Notes under the pieces: model-generated
Database searches by the model: none
Seen by the model: the letters and a program-made list of their open reading frames with translations, nothing else
Told to the model about the DNA's origin: nothing
Program-made: the position numbers and the translations under genes
Assembly: GCA_031409275.1 (NCBI GenBank)
Contig: JANNXA010000036.1
Coordinates: 1 to 64,000, forward strand
Direction of reading: 5' to 3'
Source: Planctomycetota bacterium
Lineage (GTDB): Bacteria > Planctomycetota > B15-G4 > SIAN01
Length of the DNA: 64,000 bases
In this document: in pieces, positions 28,952-47,553 of the stretch
Numbering within the stretch: the first letter of the stretch is position 1
Layout: every line of letters starts with the position of its first letter

Positions 28952-29518
28952 TCAGGTCTGCTGGAACGGCATCCCAAGAGCCGTCAGCAGGGCCTCGGCC
29001 CCAGCGTCGTTTCCAGCCGACGTCACGATGGAGATGTCCATCCCTTGCAGGTTGACGACCGTGTCGGTGTCGACCTCGGGGAACACCGTCTGCTCGATCA
29101 CGCCCATCGTGTAGTTGCCGCGCCCGTCGAACGACTTGCGCGAGAGTCCGCGGAAGTCGCGCACGCGCGGCAGCGCCAGCGAGATGAGCCGATCGAGGAA
29201 CTCCCACATGCGATCGCGGCGAAGCGTGACCTTGAGGCCGACTTTGTCGCCCTCGCGCACCTTGAAGCCGGCGATCGACTTCCGGGCACGCGTGACGACC
29301 GGCTTCTGGCCGGAGAGCGCGGCGAGGTGCTTCTGCACTTCGTCCACGAACTCCTTGCTTTCCTTTTCCTTCCGCAGCCCCATGTTGATGCCGATCTTCA
29401 CCAGACGCGGCAGCGCCATGCGGTTGGTGATGCCGAGCTTCTGCATCAACATCGGAGCCACCTCGCGCTCGTACTTTGCGCGCAGGCGTGGGTTCTTGCG
29501 TTCGACAGCCTTGGTCAT
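28952..29518 (-). CDS. rplE: 50S ribosomal protein L5
   Basis: SGQKP, ARKSIAGFKVREG, LPRVRDFRG and FDGRGNY motifs. Confidence 0.98.
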   Translation of the reverse strand: MTKAVERKNPRLRAKYEREVAPMLMQKLGITNRMALPRLVKIGINMGLRKEKESKEFVDEVQKHLAALSGQKPVVTRARKSIAGFKVREGDKVGLKVTLRRDRMWEFLDRLISLALPRVRDFRGLSRKSFDGRGNYTMGVIEQTVFPEVDTDTVVNLQGMDISIVTSAGNDAGAEALLTALGMPFQQT

Positions 29519-29538
29519 GGTTGATGTTGCAGCTCGCC

Positions 29539-29853
29539 TCAGTCGAGGGCGACGCCGTCCTTCACTCCGACCCGGACGCGCTTGCCGTCACGAGTCTCGA
29601 CACGGAAGCGCTGCCCCTTGCCGAGCTTCTCGCTCCAGAGCATCACCTTCGAAAGGTTGAGCGGCCCCTCGCGGCGGACGCGTCCGCCCTTGGGGTTCTG
29701 CTGAGTCCGCTTCATGTGCTTGTACTGGAGGTTGATTCCCTCCACGTAGACGCGGTTCGTCTCGACCTCGACACGGATGACCTTGCCGGTCTTGCCCTTG
29801 TCGACGCCGGAGCGCAACATCACCACGTCGCCGCGCTTGATCCGCAGCGCCAT
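29539..29853 (-). CDS. rplX: 50S ribosomal protein L24
   Basis: IKRGDVV...GVDKGKTG and VEGIN motifs. Confidence 0.97.
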   Translation of the reverse strand: MALRIKRGDVVMLRSGVDKGKTGKVIRVEVETNRVYVEGINLQYKHMKRTQQNPKGGRVRREGPLNLSKVMLWSEKLGKGQRFRVETRDGKRVRVGVKDGVALD

Positions 29854-30221
29854 CAGACGACCTCCGCCGCGAGGGAGATGATCTTCATGAAGTTCTTCAC
29901 GCGCAGCTCACGAGCGACAGCGCCGAAGATGCGAGTGCCCTTCGGGTTGTTGTCGTTGTCCAGAAGAACCATCGCGTTGTGGTCGAAGCGTACGTAGCTG
30001 CCATCCTCGCGACGGATCGGAGCCTTGGTCCGCACGACGACACCCTTCACGACCGAGCCCTGCTTGATCTCGGAGCCGGGCGAGGCCTTCTTGACCGCGC
30101 CGATGATGATGTCGCCGACGGCGGCATAACGGCGGCGCGAGTTGCCGAGGATGCGGATGCACATCACGGTGCGAGCACCGGTGTTGTCCGCCACATCGAG
30201 CCGTGTGTAAGTCTGAATCAC
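29853..30221 (-). CDS. rplN: 50S ribosomal protein L14
   Basis: [19 protein letters not shown] and KIISLA motifs. Confidence 0.98.
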   Translation of the reverse strand: MIQTYTRLDVADNTGARTVMCIRILGNSRRRYAAVGDIIIGAVKKASPGSEIKQGSVVKGVVVRTKAPIRREDGSYVRFDHNAMVLLDNDNNPKGTRIFGAVARELRVKNFMKIISLAAEVV

Positions 30222-30224
30222 GGG

Positions 30225-30509
30225 TCAGCTACCCTCCCCCGCGCGCAGCACGCGAACGAGGCTCCAGCGCTTCGTCTTTGACAGAGGACGAGTGAACTCG
30301 ACCTCGACGACGCTGCCGATCTTGGCCTCGTTCTTCTCGTCATGAGCCTTCAAGACCGTGCGCTGGCGCACGAACTTCTTGTAGAGCTGGTGCTTGACGA
30401 GACGCTCGATCACGATGGTGATCGTCTTCTGCATCTTGTCGGACGTCACGATCCCGATGCGGCGCACCTTGCGCCCCGTGGCATCGGCGACGGCCTGGTC
30501 ACTTGCCAT
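30225..30509 (-). CDS. rpsQ: 30S ribosomal protein S17
   Basis: VTSDKMQKT, AHDE and TRPLSKTKRW motifs. Confidence 0.97.
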   Translation of the reverse strand: MASDQAVADATGRKVRRIGIVTSDKMQKTITIVIERLVKHQLYKKFVRQRTVLKAHDEKNEAKIGSVVEVEFTRPLSKTKRWSLVRVLRAGEGS

Positions 30510-30720
30510 GGGCCTTGCCCTCCGCCTGCTTGGACCGCGAGCGCTCGCCCTGGATCGTCAGGATCCGCGCGATGTCGCGACGCAGCCGCACGACTTCCTT
30601 GGTGTCCGAGATCTCCTCGGACGCCGCCTTGAAGCGCAGGTCAAACACCCGCTTGCGCTTCTCCTTCAGCAGGAAGTCGAGCTCGGCCGCCTCCTGCGTG
30701 CGCAGATCCGCAATTTTCAC
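30499..30720 (-). CDS. rpmC: 50S ribosomal protein L29
   Basis: FDLRF and RRDIARILT motifs; GTG overlaps the rplP stop. Confidence 0.95.
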   Translation of the reverse strand: MKIADLRTQEAAELDFLLKEKRKRVFDLRFKAASEEISDTKEVVRLRRDIARILTIQGERSRSKQAEGKAHGK

Positions 30721-31133
30721 AGACCATGCCTCCGGCGAATCATGCGCACCTTGATGGGCAGCTTGTGCGCCACGCGATTGAACGCGAGGGTGGCTTTCTC
30801 TTCGGTGACACCGGCGAGCTCGTAGATGACGTGGCCGGGCTTGACCTCGGCCACCCACATCTCCGGCTCGCCCTTGCCCTTACCCATTCGAGTTTCGAGC
30901 GGCTTCTTGGAGATCGGCTTGTGCGGGAACATCCGGATGTAGAGGCGACCTTCCGGGGCAGCGCGGCTGGCCGCGACACGCCCGGCTTCGATCTGGCGCC
31001 CATCCATCCAGGCCCACTCAAGCGCCTGCAACCCGAACTCGCCGAACGAAACTTCATTTCCACGCTGCGCAATGCCGCGCAACGTGCCGCGCTGAACCTT
31101 GCGCCAGCGGACGCGACTAGGCATCAGCGGCAT
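30717..31133 (-). CDS. rplP: 50S ribosomal protein L16
   Basis: RQIEAGR, FPHKP and ETRMGKGKG motifs. Confidence 0.98.
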   Translation of the reverse strand: MPLMPSRVRWRKVQRGTLRGIAQRGNEVSFGEFGLQALEWAWMDGRQIEAGRVAASRAAPEGRLYIRMFPHKPISKKPLETRMGKGKGEPEMWVAEVKPGHVIYELAGVTEEKATLAFNRVAHKLPIKVRMIRRRHGL

Positions 31134-31779
31134 GGTTTTTCTCCTTGGTCACGGGCTCGTACCAGCCGCGGAAGATCCAGCACTTGCAGCCGATCACGCC
31201 GTAGTTGGTCATCGCGGTCGCGAGGCCGTAGTCGATGTCCGCATCGAGAGTCGCGAGCTTGATCGATCCCTGGATGATCGCCTCGCGACGGGACATCTCG
31301 GCGCCGCCGAGGCGACCGGCGATGTGGATCTTCACGCCCAGCGCGCCCGCCTGCATCGTGAGCTGCGCCGTCTTCTTCAGTGCGCGCCGGAACGAGACGC
31401 GCTTCTCGAGTTGTTCAGCGACGCTCTCCGCCACCAGCTGCGCGGAAAGCTCCGGACGACCGAGCTCGACCGTGTGCACCGTGACGTTATTGCCAACGAT
31501 GCGGGTGAGGTCGTCGCGCAGCTGCTCGGCGCGAACGCCCTTGCGACCGATCAGGACGCCTGGCCGGGCCGTGTGGATGATCACGGTCGTCGCTTCACGC
31601 GTCCGCTCGATATCGATCCGCGCCACCGCGGCCTGCTTGAACTCGCGCTTGATGAAGACGCGGATCCGCTGGTCTTGGACGAGGAGGCCCGGGAAGTCCT
31701 TCTTCGTCGCCGTCCAGCGCGAACGCCACGGCTCGCGGATGCCGATCCGGAAACCAAGCGGGTTGACCTTCTGACCCAT
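31117..31779 (-). CDS. rpsC: 30S ribosomal protein S3
   Basis: [22 protein letters not shown] and GRLGGAEM motifs. Confidence 0.98.
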   Translation of the reverse strand: MGQKVNPLGFRIGIREPWRSRWTATKKDFPGLLVQDQRIRVFIKREFKQAAVARIDIERTREATTVIIHTARPGVLIGRKGVRAEQLRDDLTRIVGNNVTVHTVELGRPELSAQLVAESVAEQLEKRVSFRRALKKTAQLTMQAGALGVKIHIAGRLGGAEMSRREAIIQGSIKLATLDADIDYGLATAMTNYGVIGCKCWIFRGWYEPVTKEKNHAADA

Positions 31780-32160
31780 TTAGACGCGACCTCCCGCCTG
31801 CTCAGCCTTTTCGGTCTCCACCGGCGCCGTCGGTGCATCGAGGACGACGTGGAGGTGGCTCGCCTTCTTCAAGATCCGATGGAACCGTCCGCGCGCGACC
31901 GGTCGGCCACGCTTCTGGATCGGCCCCTCGTTGACGAAGATCTCGCGGATGACGAGCTTGCTCAGGTTCACCCCTTGCTGCTGCCCGGCATTCGCAAGCG
32001 CCGACTGGATCACGGTCCGGAACAATCCGGACGCGCGACGCGGGTTGAACGTCAACATCTCGAGCGCGCGGTTGGCGTTCAGCCCGCGCACAAGATCAGC
32101 GATCGGACGCGCCTTGCGGGGCGTCACGTGCGCATACATATGACTTGCCTTGAATGGCAT
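31780..32160 (-). CDS. rplV: 50S ribosomal protein L22
   Basis: TPRKAR..ADLVRG, SALANA and VNEGP motifs. Confidence 0.97.
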   Translation of the reverse strand: MPFKASHMYAHVTPRKARPIADLVRGLNANRALEMLTFNPRRASGLFRTVIQSALANAGQQQGVNLSKLVIREIFVNEGPIQKRGRPVARGRFHRILKKASHLHVVLDAPTAPVETEKAEQAGGRV

Positions 32161-32204
32161 GGTTCTGCCTCGTAAGTCCGGCGTTCAGCGAGACGCCGCG
32201 CGAA

Positions 32205-32510
32205 TCACTTCTTGCCACCAGCCGGAGCCGAAGCGGGCGCTTCGGCCTTCCTGCCCGCCGTGTGCCCACGGAAGGTGCGGGTCGGCGCGAACTCTCCGAG
32301 CTTGTGACCCACCATGTCCTCGGTCACGAACACGCGAACGTGCTGTCGGCCGTTGTGCACGAGGAAAGTGTGCGTCACGAAATCGGGGATGATCGTCGAT
32401 CGGCGCGACCAGGTCTTGATCGCCTCTTTCTTGCTGGCCTTCGCCATCTTGGCGACCTTGACCAGCAACTTCAGATCGACGAACGGCCCCTTCTTGATGC
32501 TTCGTCCCAT
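32205..32510 (-). CDS. rpsS: 30S ribosomal protein S19
   Basis: [16 protein letters not shown] and MVGHKLGEF motifs. Confidence 0.98.
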   Translation of the reverse strand: MGRSIKKGPFVDLKLLVKVAKMAKASKKEAIKTWSRRSTIIPDFVTHTFLVHNGRQHVRVFVTEDMVGHKLGEFAPTRTFRGHTAGRKAEAPASAPAGGKK

Positions 32511-32528
32511 GTTCCGTCAGGCTCCGCC

Positions 32529-33371
32529 TCACACGGTCTCGATGCGCTTCTTGCGGCCGTGGATGATGAACCGGCTCGACGTCTTGCGCGGATGACGAGT
32601 CTTGCCACCCTTGCTCGGCACGCCGGTCGGAGATCTCGGAATGTTGCCGCCCTTGCTGCGACCTTCGCCACCACCCATTGGATGCGCGACAGGGTTCATG
32701 GCCACGCCGCGAACCTTTGACCGCAGCCCGAGCCAACGCTTGCGTCCAGCCTTTCCGAGCGACTGGTTCTGATGATCGATGTTGCCGACCTGGCCGATGG
32801 TCGCCCGGCAGCGAGCATGGACCTTGCGGCGCTCACCCGAGGGGAGCACCAGCGTGGCGTATTCGCCTTCGCGGGCGAGGAGCTGCACCTGGCTGCCCGC
32901 CGAACGACCGAGCTGCCCACCGCTTCCGGGGTGGAGCTCGACGTTGTGAACGAACAGACCAAGCGGAATGTTGCCGAGCGGCATGCTGTTGCCGACGACC
33001 GGCTCGACCTTCTCACCGGACTCGAGCGTCGCGCCGACCTGGAGGCCGAGCGGAGCGAGGATGTAGCGCTTCTCGCCGTCCTTGTAGTTCAGCAGCGCGA
33101 TGCGCGCGCTGCGACCCGGGTCGTATTCGACCTGGGCAACGATGGCCGGGACGCCATCCTTGTTGCGCTTGAAGTCGAGCTTGCGCAGGAAGCGCTTGTG
33201 GCCACCGCCGCGATGACGCGTGGTGACACGCCCGGTGTTGTTGCGACCACCCGTGCGGCGCATCGCCGTGAGCAGGCCCTTCACCACCGGCTTGCCGGTG
33301 ACTTCCGACATGTCGGGGAAGGTGCCGGCGCGACGACCCGGCGATGTTGGCTTGTAGTGTTTGACGGCCAT
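32529..33371 (-). CDS. rplB: 50S ribosomal protein L2
   Basis: [22 protein letters not shown] and [17 protein letters not shown] motifs. Confidence 0.98.
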   Translation of the reverse strand: MAVKHYKPTSPGRRAGTFPDMSEVTGKPVVKGLLTAMRRTGGRNNTGRVTTRHRGGGHKRFLRKLDFKRNKDGVPAIVAQVEYDPGRSARIALLNYKDGEKRYILAPLGLQVGATLESGEKVEPVVGNSMPLGNIPLGLFVHNVELHPGSGGQLGRSAGSQVQLLAREGEYATLVLPSGERRKVHARCRATIGQVGNIDHQNQSLGKAGRKRWLGLRSKVRGVAMNPVAHPMGGGEGRSKGGNIPRSPTGVPSKGGKTRHPRKTSSRFIIHGRKKRIETV

Positions 33372-33396
33372 CAGATCTCTCCGGCTCCCGTTCCGC

Positions 33397-33678
33397 TCAG
33401 ACGACTTCGATCTTGTCGCCGTCACGCAGCGTGACGATCGCACGCTTGAACGGGCGGGTCGTGATCGGGCGCCCGAAGGCGCGCCGCGGCTTGCCCTTGC
33501 GCACCATCGTGCGCACGGACGTCACCTTCACGCTGAACAGTTCCTCGACCGCGCTCTTCACCTGCAGACGGTTCGCGTCCGGATGGACCAGGAAGACGTA
33601 CTGCTTCAGCGCGTCCTGCTGGTACGCCGTCTTCTCGGTGACGAGCGGCTTCTTGATGATTTCACGAGCCTCGAGCAT
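33397..33678 (-). CDS. rplW: 50S ribosomal protein L23
   Basis: [15 protein letters not shown] and KRAIVTL motifs. Confidence 0.96.
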   Translation of the reverse strand: MLEAREIIKKPLVTEKTAYQQDALKQYVFLVHPDANRLQVKSAVEELFSVKVTSVRTMVRKGKPRRAFGRPITTRPFKRAIVTLRDGDKIEVV

Positions 33679-33698
33679 GCGCAGTTTCCTTCTCGATC

Positions 33699-34358
33699 TC
33701 AGCCCGAGACCTTCGCCGCGAGACGCTGCGCCACCTCGGCGAACGATCCGCCGATGAAGACGAGGTGCTTGCGACGCAGGACGTGCAGCGCGTTGACCTC
33801 CGTCGCAGGGACGACCTCGCAACGCTTGAGGTTGCGGAAGCTGCGATAGAGCGCATCGACATCGCCGCTCACCACGATGGTGACGCCGCGATCCACGCCA
33901 AGGTCCTTGAGACACTTCGCCGCCGTCTTGGTCGACGGCTTCGCGAGATCCAGCTTCTCGATGAAAGCGACCTCACCGTCCACGAGCTTTCCGAAGAGCG
34001 CGGACCGGAGAGCTTCGCGCAGCGCCCGACGCGGGAGGTGCTGGCGATAGTCGCGGGGGATCGGGCCGAAGATCGTGCCGCCATGGCGCCACAGCGGCGA
34101 GTTCTTGTCGCCCGCGCGCGCGCGGCCGGTGTGCTTCTGCGGCCACGGCTTCGCTTCGGAGTAGGAGGTTTCCGCACGGCGCTTCGCCTTGTGCGTACCT
34201 TGGCGCGAGTTCGCCTGGTAGGCGATCACCGCCTGCTTCAGCAGCACCCGGCGACGTCCCTCGCCAAACAAAGCGAGGTCGATGGCGCGAGTGGCGACGG
34301 AGCTGCCCGTCAAGACCTTCGCCTGCGCCGTCTTCGGTGTCTCTTTGGTAGTTGCCAT
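33699..34358 (-). CDS. rplD: 50S ribosomal protein L4
   Basis: RQGTHKAK, KPWPQKHTGRARAG and GGTIFGP motifs. Confidence 0.97.
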   Translation of the reverse strand: MATTKETPKTAQAKVLTGSSVATRAIDLALFGEGRRRVLLKQAVIAYQANSRQGTHKAKRRAETSYSEAKPWPQKHTGRARAGDKNSPLWRHGGTIFGPIPRDYRQHLPRRALREALRSALFGKLVDGEVAFIEKLDLAKPSTKTAAKCLKDLGVDRGVTIVVSGDVDALYRSFRNLKRCEVVPATEVNALHVLRRKHLVFIGGSFAEVAQRLAAKVSG

Positions 34359-34401
34359 TGCTATCGCCCTGTACTCGCAACCGTCACAGCACTCGCGACC
34401 G

Positions 34402-35067
34402 TCACGACGACTTCGAGAACTTGCGGACCGATCGCGCGATCTGCACGAAGACCACCCCGTCGTCAGTCCCCGGCACGGCGCCCTTGACCAGGAGCGTGTC
34501 CTGGTCCGGCTGCACCGCGACCACGCGCAGGTTCTTCACCGTGATCCGCTCGTTGCCCCATTGCGTCGCCATGCGCTTGCCGCGCAACACGCGCCCGGGC
34601 CACGTACGCATGCCGATCGAGCCGGGGCCGCGCACGTTCATGCTGCCGCGCGTGCTCGGCTTGTGGCCGAAGTTCCACGCGGTCATGACGCCGCAGAAGC
34701 CGCGGCCCTTCGCAGCGCCGATCACGTCGACGAGGTCGCCGGGCTGGAAGATGTCGCACTTGATCGAGTCGCCGACCTTCAGCTCAGACGCCGTGTCGAG
34801 ACGAATCTCGCGCAGCATCTTTTTCGCGCCGACCTTGCGCTTCTCGGCCTCGACACGCTGCGGCTTGTTCAGGCGCTGCGCCTTCTGATCGAGGAAACCG
34901 ACCTGAAGCGCGTCGTAGCCGTCACTCGCCTTCGTCTTCACCTGCGTGATGACGCACGGCCCGGCCTTCAGCACCGTCACCGGGACGACCTGCCCCTTCT
35001 CGTCGAAGAGCTGCGTCATCCCCTCTTTGCGGGCGAGGATCGCCTTGTATGCAACAGCTTCGGCCAC
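34402..35067 (-). CDS. rplC: 50S ribosomal protein L3
   Basis: KEGMTQ, DGYDALQ, KGRGF, PGSIG and VKGAVPG motifs. Confidence 0.97.
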   Translation of the reverse strand: MAEAVAYKAILARKEGMTQLFDEKGQVVPVTVLKAGPCVITQVKTKASDGYDALQVGFLDQKAQRLNKPQRVEAEKRKVGAKKMLREIRLDTASELKVGDSIKCDIFQPGDLVDVIGAAKGRGFCGVMTAWNFGHKPSTRGSMNVRGPGSIGMRTWPGRVLRGKRMATQWGNERITVKNLRVVAVQPDQDTLLVKGAVPGTDDGVVFVQIARSVRKFSKSS

Positions 35068-35116
35068 CGTCAGTCTCCTGCCACCAAGCTCGGCGTGAAC
35101 ACGCGTACCGTCCGAC

Positions 35117-35428
<312 letters not shown>

Positions 35429-35609
35429 GGTCTTCTCAGCGCTTCCTGGGATCACACGTCGTCTGCGGCGCGGTGCCGCCCCGCCACTTCGGCGCGGAAC
35501 AGGTTCAAGCACCCCCTCCGCCTCACGCCTTGTCCGACCTCAAGGGTCGGGTGGCCGGGGGTCGCGGGGTGCATGTTCTGTACTGCTACCGTCAAAAGCG
35601 GGCCGGGAG

Positions 35610-35641
35610 ATCCTAGGAGGGGTCGTTGACAAGTCAACGAC
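35610..35641 (-). promoter_or_regulatory. S10-operon sigma70 promoter overlapped by a perfect palindrome
   Basis: TTGACT(35637-35632)-16 bp-TAGGAT(35615-35610); GTCGTTGAC-AA-GTCAACGAC at 35622-35641. Confidence 0.75.
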
Positions 35642-35756
35642 ATTCTCCGCACCCGCCCGGGAGCGCGCCCGCTCCGCCGGTTCCGGCGGCCGGCGAGCCG
35701 AGGAGCGCGCGACACGCGCCCCGCTGGCGCCTCCCGCCCCGGCTGGCGCACCGCGG

Positions 35757-37808
35757 TCAGAACGTCAGGCGCCCGGCGACATCAGGGGGGACCGGCTGAT
35801 AGTCCGCCGGCTGCATCGAGAAGCTCGCCCGACCTTGCGACATGGAACGCAGCACCGTCGAGTAACCGAACGTTTCGGCCAAGGGGACGACGCCGCAGAT
35901 CTTTGCGAAGTCGTGCTGCGGATCGACCTGCTCGATGGTGCCGCGTCGGGCGTGCAGGTCGCCCGTCACCGCTTTCATGAACTCGGTCGGGGTCTGCACC
36001 TCGAAGGCCATGATCGGCTCGAGCAACACCGTCCCCGCCTTGCGCATCGCATCATGGAAGGCGTCGTCGGTCGCTTTGGCGAGCGCCGCCTCGGTCGTCT
36101 CGCCGTCGCGCGTCTCGCCGTCGAACACTTCGACGTGGACGCGCACGATCGGGTAGCCGAGGTCGAGTCCCGACGTCACCGCCGCCTTCGCCGCCTGCTC
36201 GATCGCGAGCCAGTACTGGCGATGAACCCGCTCGTTGGGGATCGCCATCTTCACGGTCGGCTGGATCTCGACGCGCGGCTCGACGCGAAGGCGGATGCGG
36301 CCGAACTGCGGCTTGCCGGCAAAGACATGGCGGAACGTCGCGTCCCCCTCCATGGCCTGAGCGGCGGTCTGGCGGTACGCGACACGCGGCTTGCCGATCC
36401 GGATCGGCACCTTGTAGTCGCGCCCGATGCGGTTCGACACGATCTCGAGATGGAGCTCCCCCATCCCCGAGACGATCGCCTGCCCGGTCTCTTCATCGAT
36501 CCGGAACCGGAACGTCGGATCGTCGCGCGCCACGAACTCCAGCGCTTCGTTCAGCGCATCGCGGTCGGCCGCCGTCTTCGGCTCGATCGACTGAGAGATG
36601 ACGGTGTCGGGGAACAACATGCCCTCGAGGTGCACCGCTCGCGCTTTCGGGCAGAAGGTGTCGCCGGTCTTGGTGAAGCGCAGGCCGATCGCCCCCACGA
36701 TCTCGCCCGGCCCCGCCTCTTCGAGCGCCTCGCGCTCGTCCGCGTGCATCCGGTAGAGCCGTCCGACGCGTTCCGCCTTCTGCTCGCGGGCGTTGTAGAT
36801 CGACTGGTTGCTCTTCAAGACCCCGCTGTAGATGCGCAGGAACGTCAGATCGCCGTGGTTGTCATGGATCGTCTTGAATGCGAGGGCAAGCAGATCCTCG
36901 TCCGCCTTCGGGGCGAAGCTCTCCGTGCCCTTGCCATCGACGCGCGCCACATCGAGCGGCCCGGCGTCGAGCGGCGACGGCAGGTAGTCGAGCACCGCAT
37001 CGAGCACCGGTTGGACGCCGCGGTTGCGCAGCGCCGCGCCGAAGAAGACCGGAACGAGTCGGCGCGCGAGCACGGCGCGACGCAGCGCCGCCTTCAGCTC
37101 TTCAACGCCGATCGGCTTGCCTTCGAGGAAGTGCAGCGAGAGCTGATCGTCGACGTTGGCGAGCTGCTCGATCAGGTCCGCGCGCGCGAGCTCGGCGTCG
37201 TCCTTCATCGCCGGCGGGATCGGTTGTTCCACGAACGAGTCGCCGAGTTCATCCGTCCAGATCAGCGCCACTTCCCGCACCAGGTCGACCACGCCGTGGA
37301 AGTCGCGCTCGCGGCCGATCGGCAGCTGGGCCGCGACCGCGTTGACGCCGAGGCGGCTGCGAATCGACCGGACGACGCGATCGGGATCGGCGCCGGTCCG
37401 GTCGAGCTTGTTGACGAAAACGATGCGCGGGACGTGATGGCGATCCGCCTGGCGCCAGACCGTCTCCGACTGCGCCTGCACGCCGGCCACGCCGCAGAAC
37501 ACGCCGATCGCACCGTCGAGCACGGACAGCGACCGTTCCACTTCGGCGGTGAAGTCGACATGGCCAGGGGTGTCGATGAGGTTGATCTGGTGCGCCTTCC
37601 AGGTGCAGCTGGTGGCAGCCGAAGTGATCGTGATGCCGCGTTCCTGCTCCTCTTCGAGGTAGTCCATCTTCGTGGTCCCCTCGTCGACCGTGCCCATGCG
37701 GTGCTCCTTTTTCGTGTAGTAAAGGATGCGTTCGCTGAGCGTGGTCTTGCCCGCGTCGATGTGCGCGACGATGCCGATGTTGCGGACGGTATGGAGGTCG
37801 ACGGGCAT
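35757..37808 (-). CDS. fusA: Elongation factor G (divergent paralog type)
   Basis: [24 protein letters not shown] and GMGELHLE motifs; located after rpsG; domain IV loops degenerate. Confidence 0.93.
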   Translation of the reverse strand: MPVDLHTVRNIGIVAHIDAGKTTLSERILYYTKKEHRMGTVDEGTTKMDYLEEEQERGITITSAATSCTWKAHQINLIDTPGHVDFTAEVERSLSVLDGAIGVFCGVAGVQAQSETVWRQADRHHVPRIVFVNKLDRTGADPDRVVRSIRSRLGVNAVAAQLPIGRERDFHGVVDLVREVALIWTDELGDSFVEQPIPPAMKDDAELARADLIEQLANVDDQLSLHFLEGKPIGVEELKAALRRAVLARRLVPVFFGAALRNRGVQPVLDAVLDYLPSPLDAGPLDVARVDGKGTESFAPKADEDLLALAFKTIHDNHGDLTFLRIYSGVLKSNQSIYNAREQKAERVGRLYRMHADEREALEEAGPGEIVGAIGLRFTKTGDTFCPKARAVHLEGMLFPDTVISQSIEPKTAADRDALNEALEFVARDDPTFRFRIDEETGQAIVSGMGELHLEIVSNRIGRDYKVPIRIGKPRVAYRQTAAQAMEGDATFRHVFAGKPQFGRIRLRVEPRVEIQPTVKMAIPNERVHRQYWLAIEQAAKAAVTSGLDLGYPIVRVHVEVFDGETRDGETTEAALAKATDDAFHDAMRKAGTVLLEPIMAFEVQTPTEFMKAVTGDLHARRGTIEQVDPQHDFAKICGVVPLAETFGYSTVLRSMSQGRASFSMQPADYQPVPPDVAGRLTF

Positions 37809-37913
37809 GAGGTCTCAACTCGGGACCGATGAGGAAACGCGCAGGCGGGTCGGCAAAACGCGACGGATCATATCCCGCGGCGGAATCGCGCTTCGAAGGC
37901 GGGCCGAAACGAA

Positions 37914-37938
37914 CACGGCCCGCGCGAGGCGGGCCGTG
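37914..37938 (-). terminator. Putative intrinsic terminator between rpsG and fusA
   Basis: 10-bp perfect stem CACGGCCCGC/GCGGGCCGTG followed on the minus strand by TTCGTTTC. Confidence 0.65.
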
Positions 37939-38033
37939 CATCGATTGATCTTTCTGTCGTCGAACCTGCCCGCGAGCCCGTCAGAGCGCCGTCGCAGAGA
38001 AGCGGCGGCGGTGACGACTCAGCGAGCCGTCGA

Positions 38034-38507
38034 TCACCAGGCGAAGTGCGCGAACGCCTCGTTGGCCTCCGCCATCTTGTGGGTGTTCTCGCGCTTGGTG
38101 TAGGCCGAGCCCTGCTTGTTGAAGGCGTCGAACAACTCCTCCGCGAGGCGCTTCGCCATCGGCTTGCCCTTCTTGCCGCGTGCGCCTTCGAGGATCCAGC
38201 GAATCGCCAGGCTCTGCTGGCGGCTCCGCTTCACCTCGTGCGGGACCTGGAGCGTCGCGCCGCCGACACGCCGAGAACGGACCTCGACCATCGGCTTCAC
38301 GTTGCTGATGGCGTCGGAGAAGACGTCGATCGGCTCCTTCTCCGGGATCTTCTTCTTCAGGAGATCCATTGCGTCGTAGACGACGGCCTGGGCCGTCGCC
38401 TTCTTGCCGTCGTACATGACGCAGTTGATGAAACGCGAAATCAGCTTGCTGCTGTAGCGCGGATCAGGACGCAGGAACTTCTCGGTGGACTCGTACTTCC
38501 TTGGCAT
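38034..38507 (-). CDS. rpsG: 30S ribosomal protein S7
   Basis: PDPRY, DGKK, EVRSRRVGGAT and HKMAEAN motifs. Confidence 0.98.
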   Translation of the reverse strand: MPRKYESTEKFLRPDPRYSSKLISRFINCVMYDGKKATAQAVVYDAMDLLKKKIPEKEPIDVFSDAISNVKPMVEVRSRRVGGATLQVPHEVKRSRQQSLAIRWILEGARGKKGKPMAKRLAEELFDAFNKQGSAYTKRENTHKMAEANEAFAHFAW

Positions 38508-38518
38508 GGGTTGTCAGC

Positions 38519-38893
38519 TCAAGTCTTGGGGCGCTTGGCGCCGTAAAGCGAACGACCCTGCTTGCGATCCGATACGCCGGCCGAGTCGAGGGTTCCGCGA
38601 ACGATGTGGTAACGAACGCCGGGGAGGTCAGGGACGCGGCCACCACGCACGAGCACGATCGAGTGCTCCTGGAGGTTGTGGCCGACGCCGCCGATGTAGG
38701 CGGTGACTTCCTTGCCGGTCGACAACTTCACGCGGGCGATCTTGCGCAAAGCCGAGTTCGGCTTCTTCGGAGTCATCGTGCGCACGACGGTGCACACGCC
38801 GCGCTTCTGCGCGCACGCCTCGAGAGCGGGAGACCGCACGCGCTTGGGGCGGCGTACACGGCCATGGCGAACCAGTTGGTTGATCGTCGGCAT
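38519..38893 (-). CDS. rpsL: 30S ribosomal protein S12
   Basis: [20 protein letters not shown] and [13 protein letters not shown] motifs. Confidence 0.98.
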   Translation of the reverse strand: MPTINQLVRHGRVRRPKRVRSPALEACAQKRGVCTVVRTMTPKKPNSALRKIARVKLSTGKEVTAYIGGVGHNLQEHSIVLVRGGRVPDLPGVRYHIVRGTLDSAGVSDRKQGRSLYGAKRPKT

Positions 38894-38989
38894 TGCTACC
38901 TCGGGGCCCATACCGGGCCCGCCTTGGATTGACCCTTGAAGGGCCGTTGATTCAAGCGACTCGTCGGACCGTTTCAATCCATCGCACGC

Positions 38990-43102
<4,113 letters not shown>

Positions 43103-43209
43103 CGAATCGCACCTTTCGGCATCGGGCCGGTCGCCGCCGACCAGCCCATCGGGTTCCCAGGATCCGCCGCGCGCGCGCAGGGCGGCTGCGCTCGCGAAGC
43201 GAATCCGGG

Positions 43210-46887
<3,678 letters not shown>

Positions 46888-46995
46888 GCGGCTCCTCTTA
46901 GCTCATCACGAGAAAACGAAAACTCGCACCAAGCAGGCTCGCCCGGCCCACGCGCACGCGGGGGCCGGGCGTTCGAAGGATGCGAGTGACTTGCG

Positions 46996-47412
46996 TCACT
47001 TGATCTCGACGGTGGCGCCGTTCTCGGTGAGCTTCTTCTTGATGTCGTCGGCCTCTTCCTTGGTGCAGCCGGTCTTGACCGCCTTCGGAGCGGCCTCGAC
47101 GACGTCCTTGGCTTCCTTCAGCCCAAGGCCGGTGATCTCGCGGACCACCTTGATCACCTGGATCTTCTTCTCGCCGGCGCTGACGAGCATGACGTCGAAG
47201 GCCGTCTTGGCCTCCGGCTTCGCCTCGCCCGCAGCCGCGGCGCCCGGAGCTGCCATCGCGACAGCAGCGGCCGCCTGAACGTCGAAGACGTTCTCGAAGT
47301 CCTTCTTGAACTGCGCGAGTTCGAGGACCGTCATCTTGGAAATCGCCACAAGCACTTGCTTGGACGAACCGTCCGCCAGCCCATTCAGTCGGTCCATGAT
47401 CGCCTGGGACAT
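46996..47412 (-). CDS. rplL: 50S ribosomal protein L7/L12
   Basis: MTVLEL, Ala-rich hinge and [28 protein letters not shown] before the ATG at 47412. Confidence 0.97.
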   Translation of the reverse strand: MSQAIMDRLNGLADGSSKQVLVAISKMTVLELAQFKKDFENVFDVQAAAAVAMAAPGAAAAGEAKPEAKTAFDVMLVSAGEKKIQVIKVVREITGLGLKEAKDVVEAAPKAVKTGCTKEEADDIKKKLTENGATVEIK

Positions 47413-47553
47413 CGCATCCTCCGTGAATCGTTCTGAGCGCTCGAAAGCGCGCATCGGTTGTCGTTCATCACGAGCCGCTCCATCGCGACTCGCGCTCGCG
47501 CCTGGCGCAGTTGCCGACGAGCGGCCCCCGCGTCATGCGCACCGCCGCGTCCG

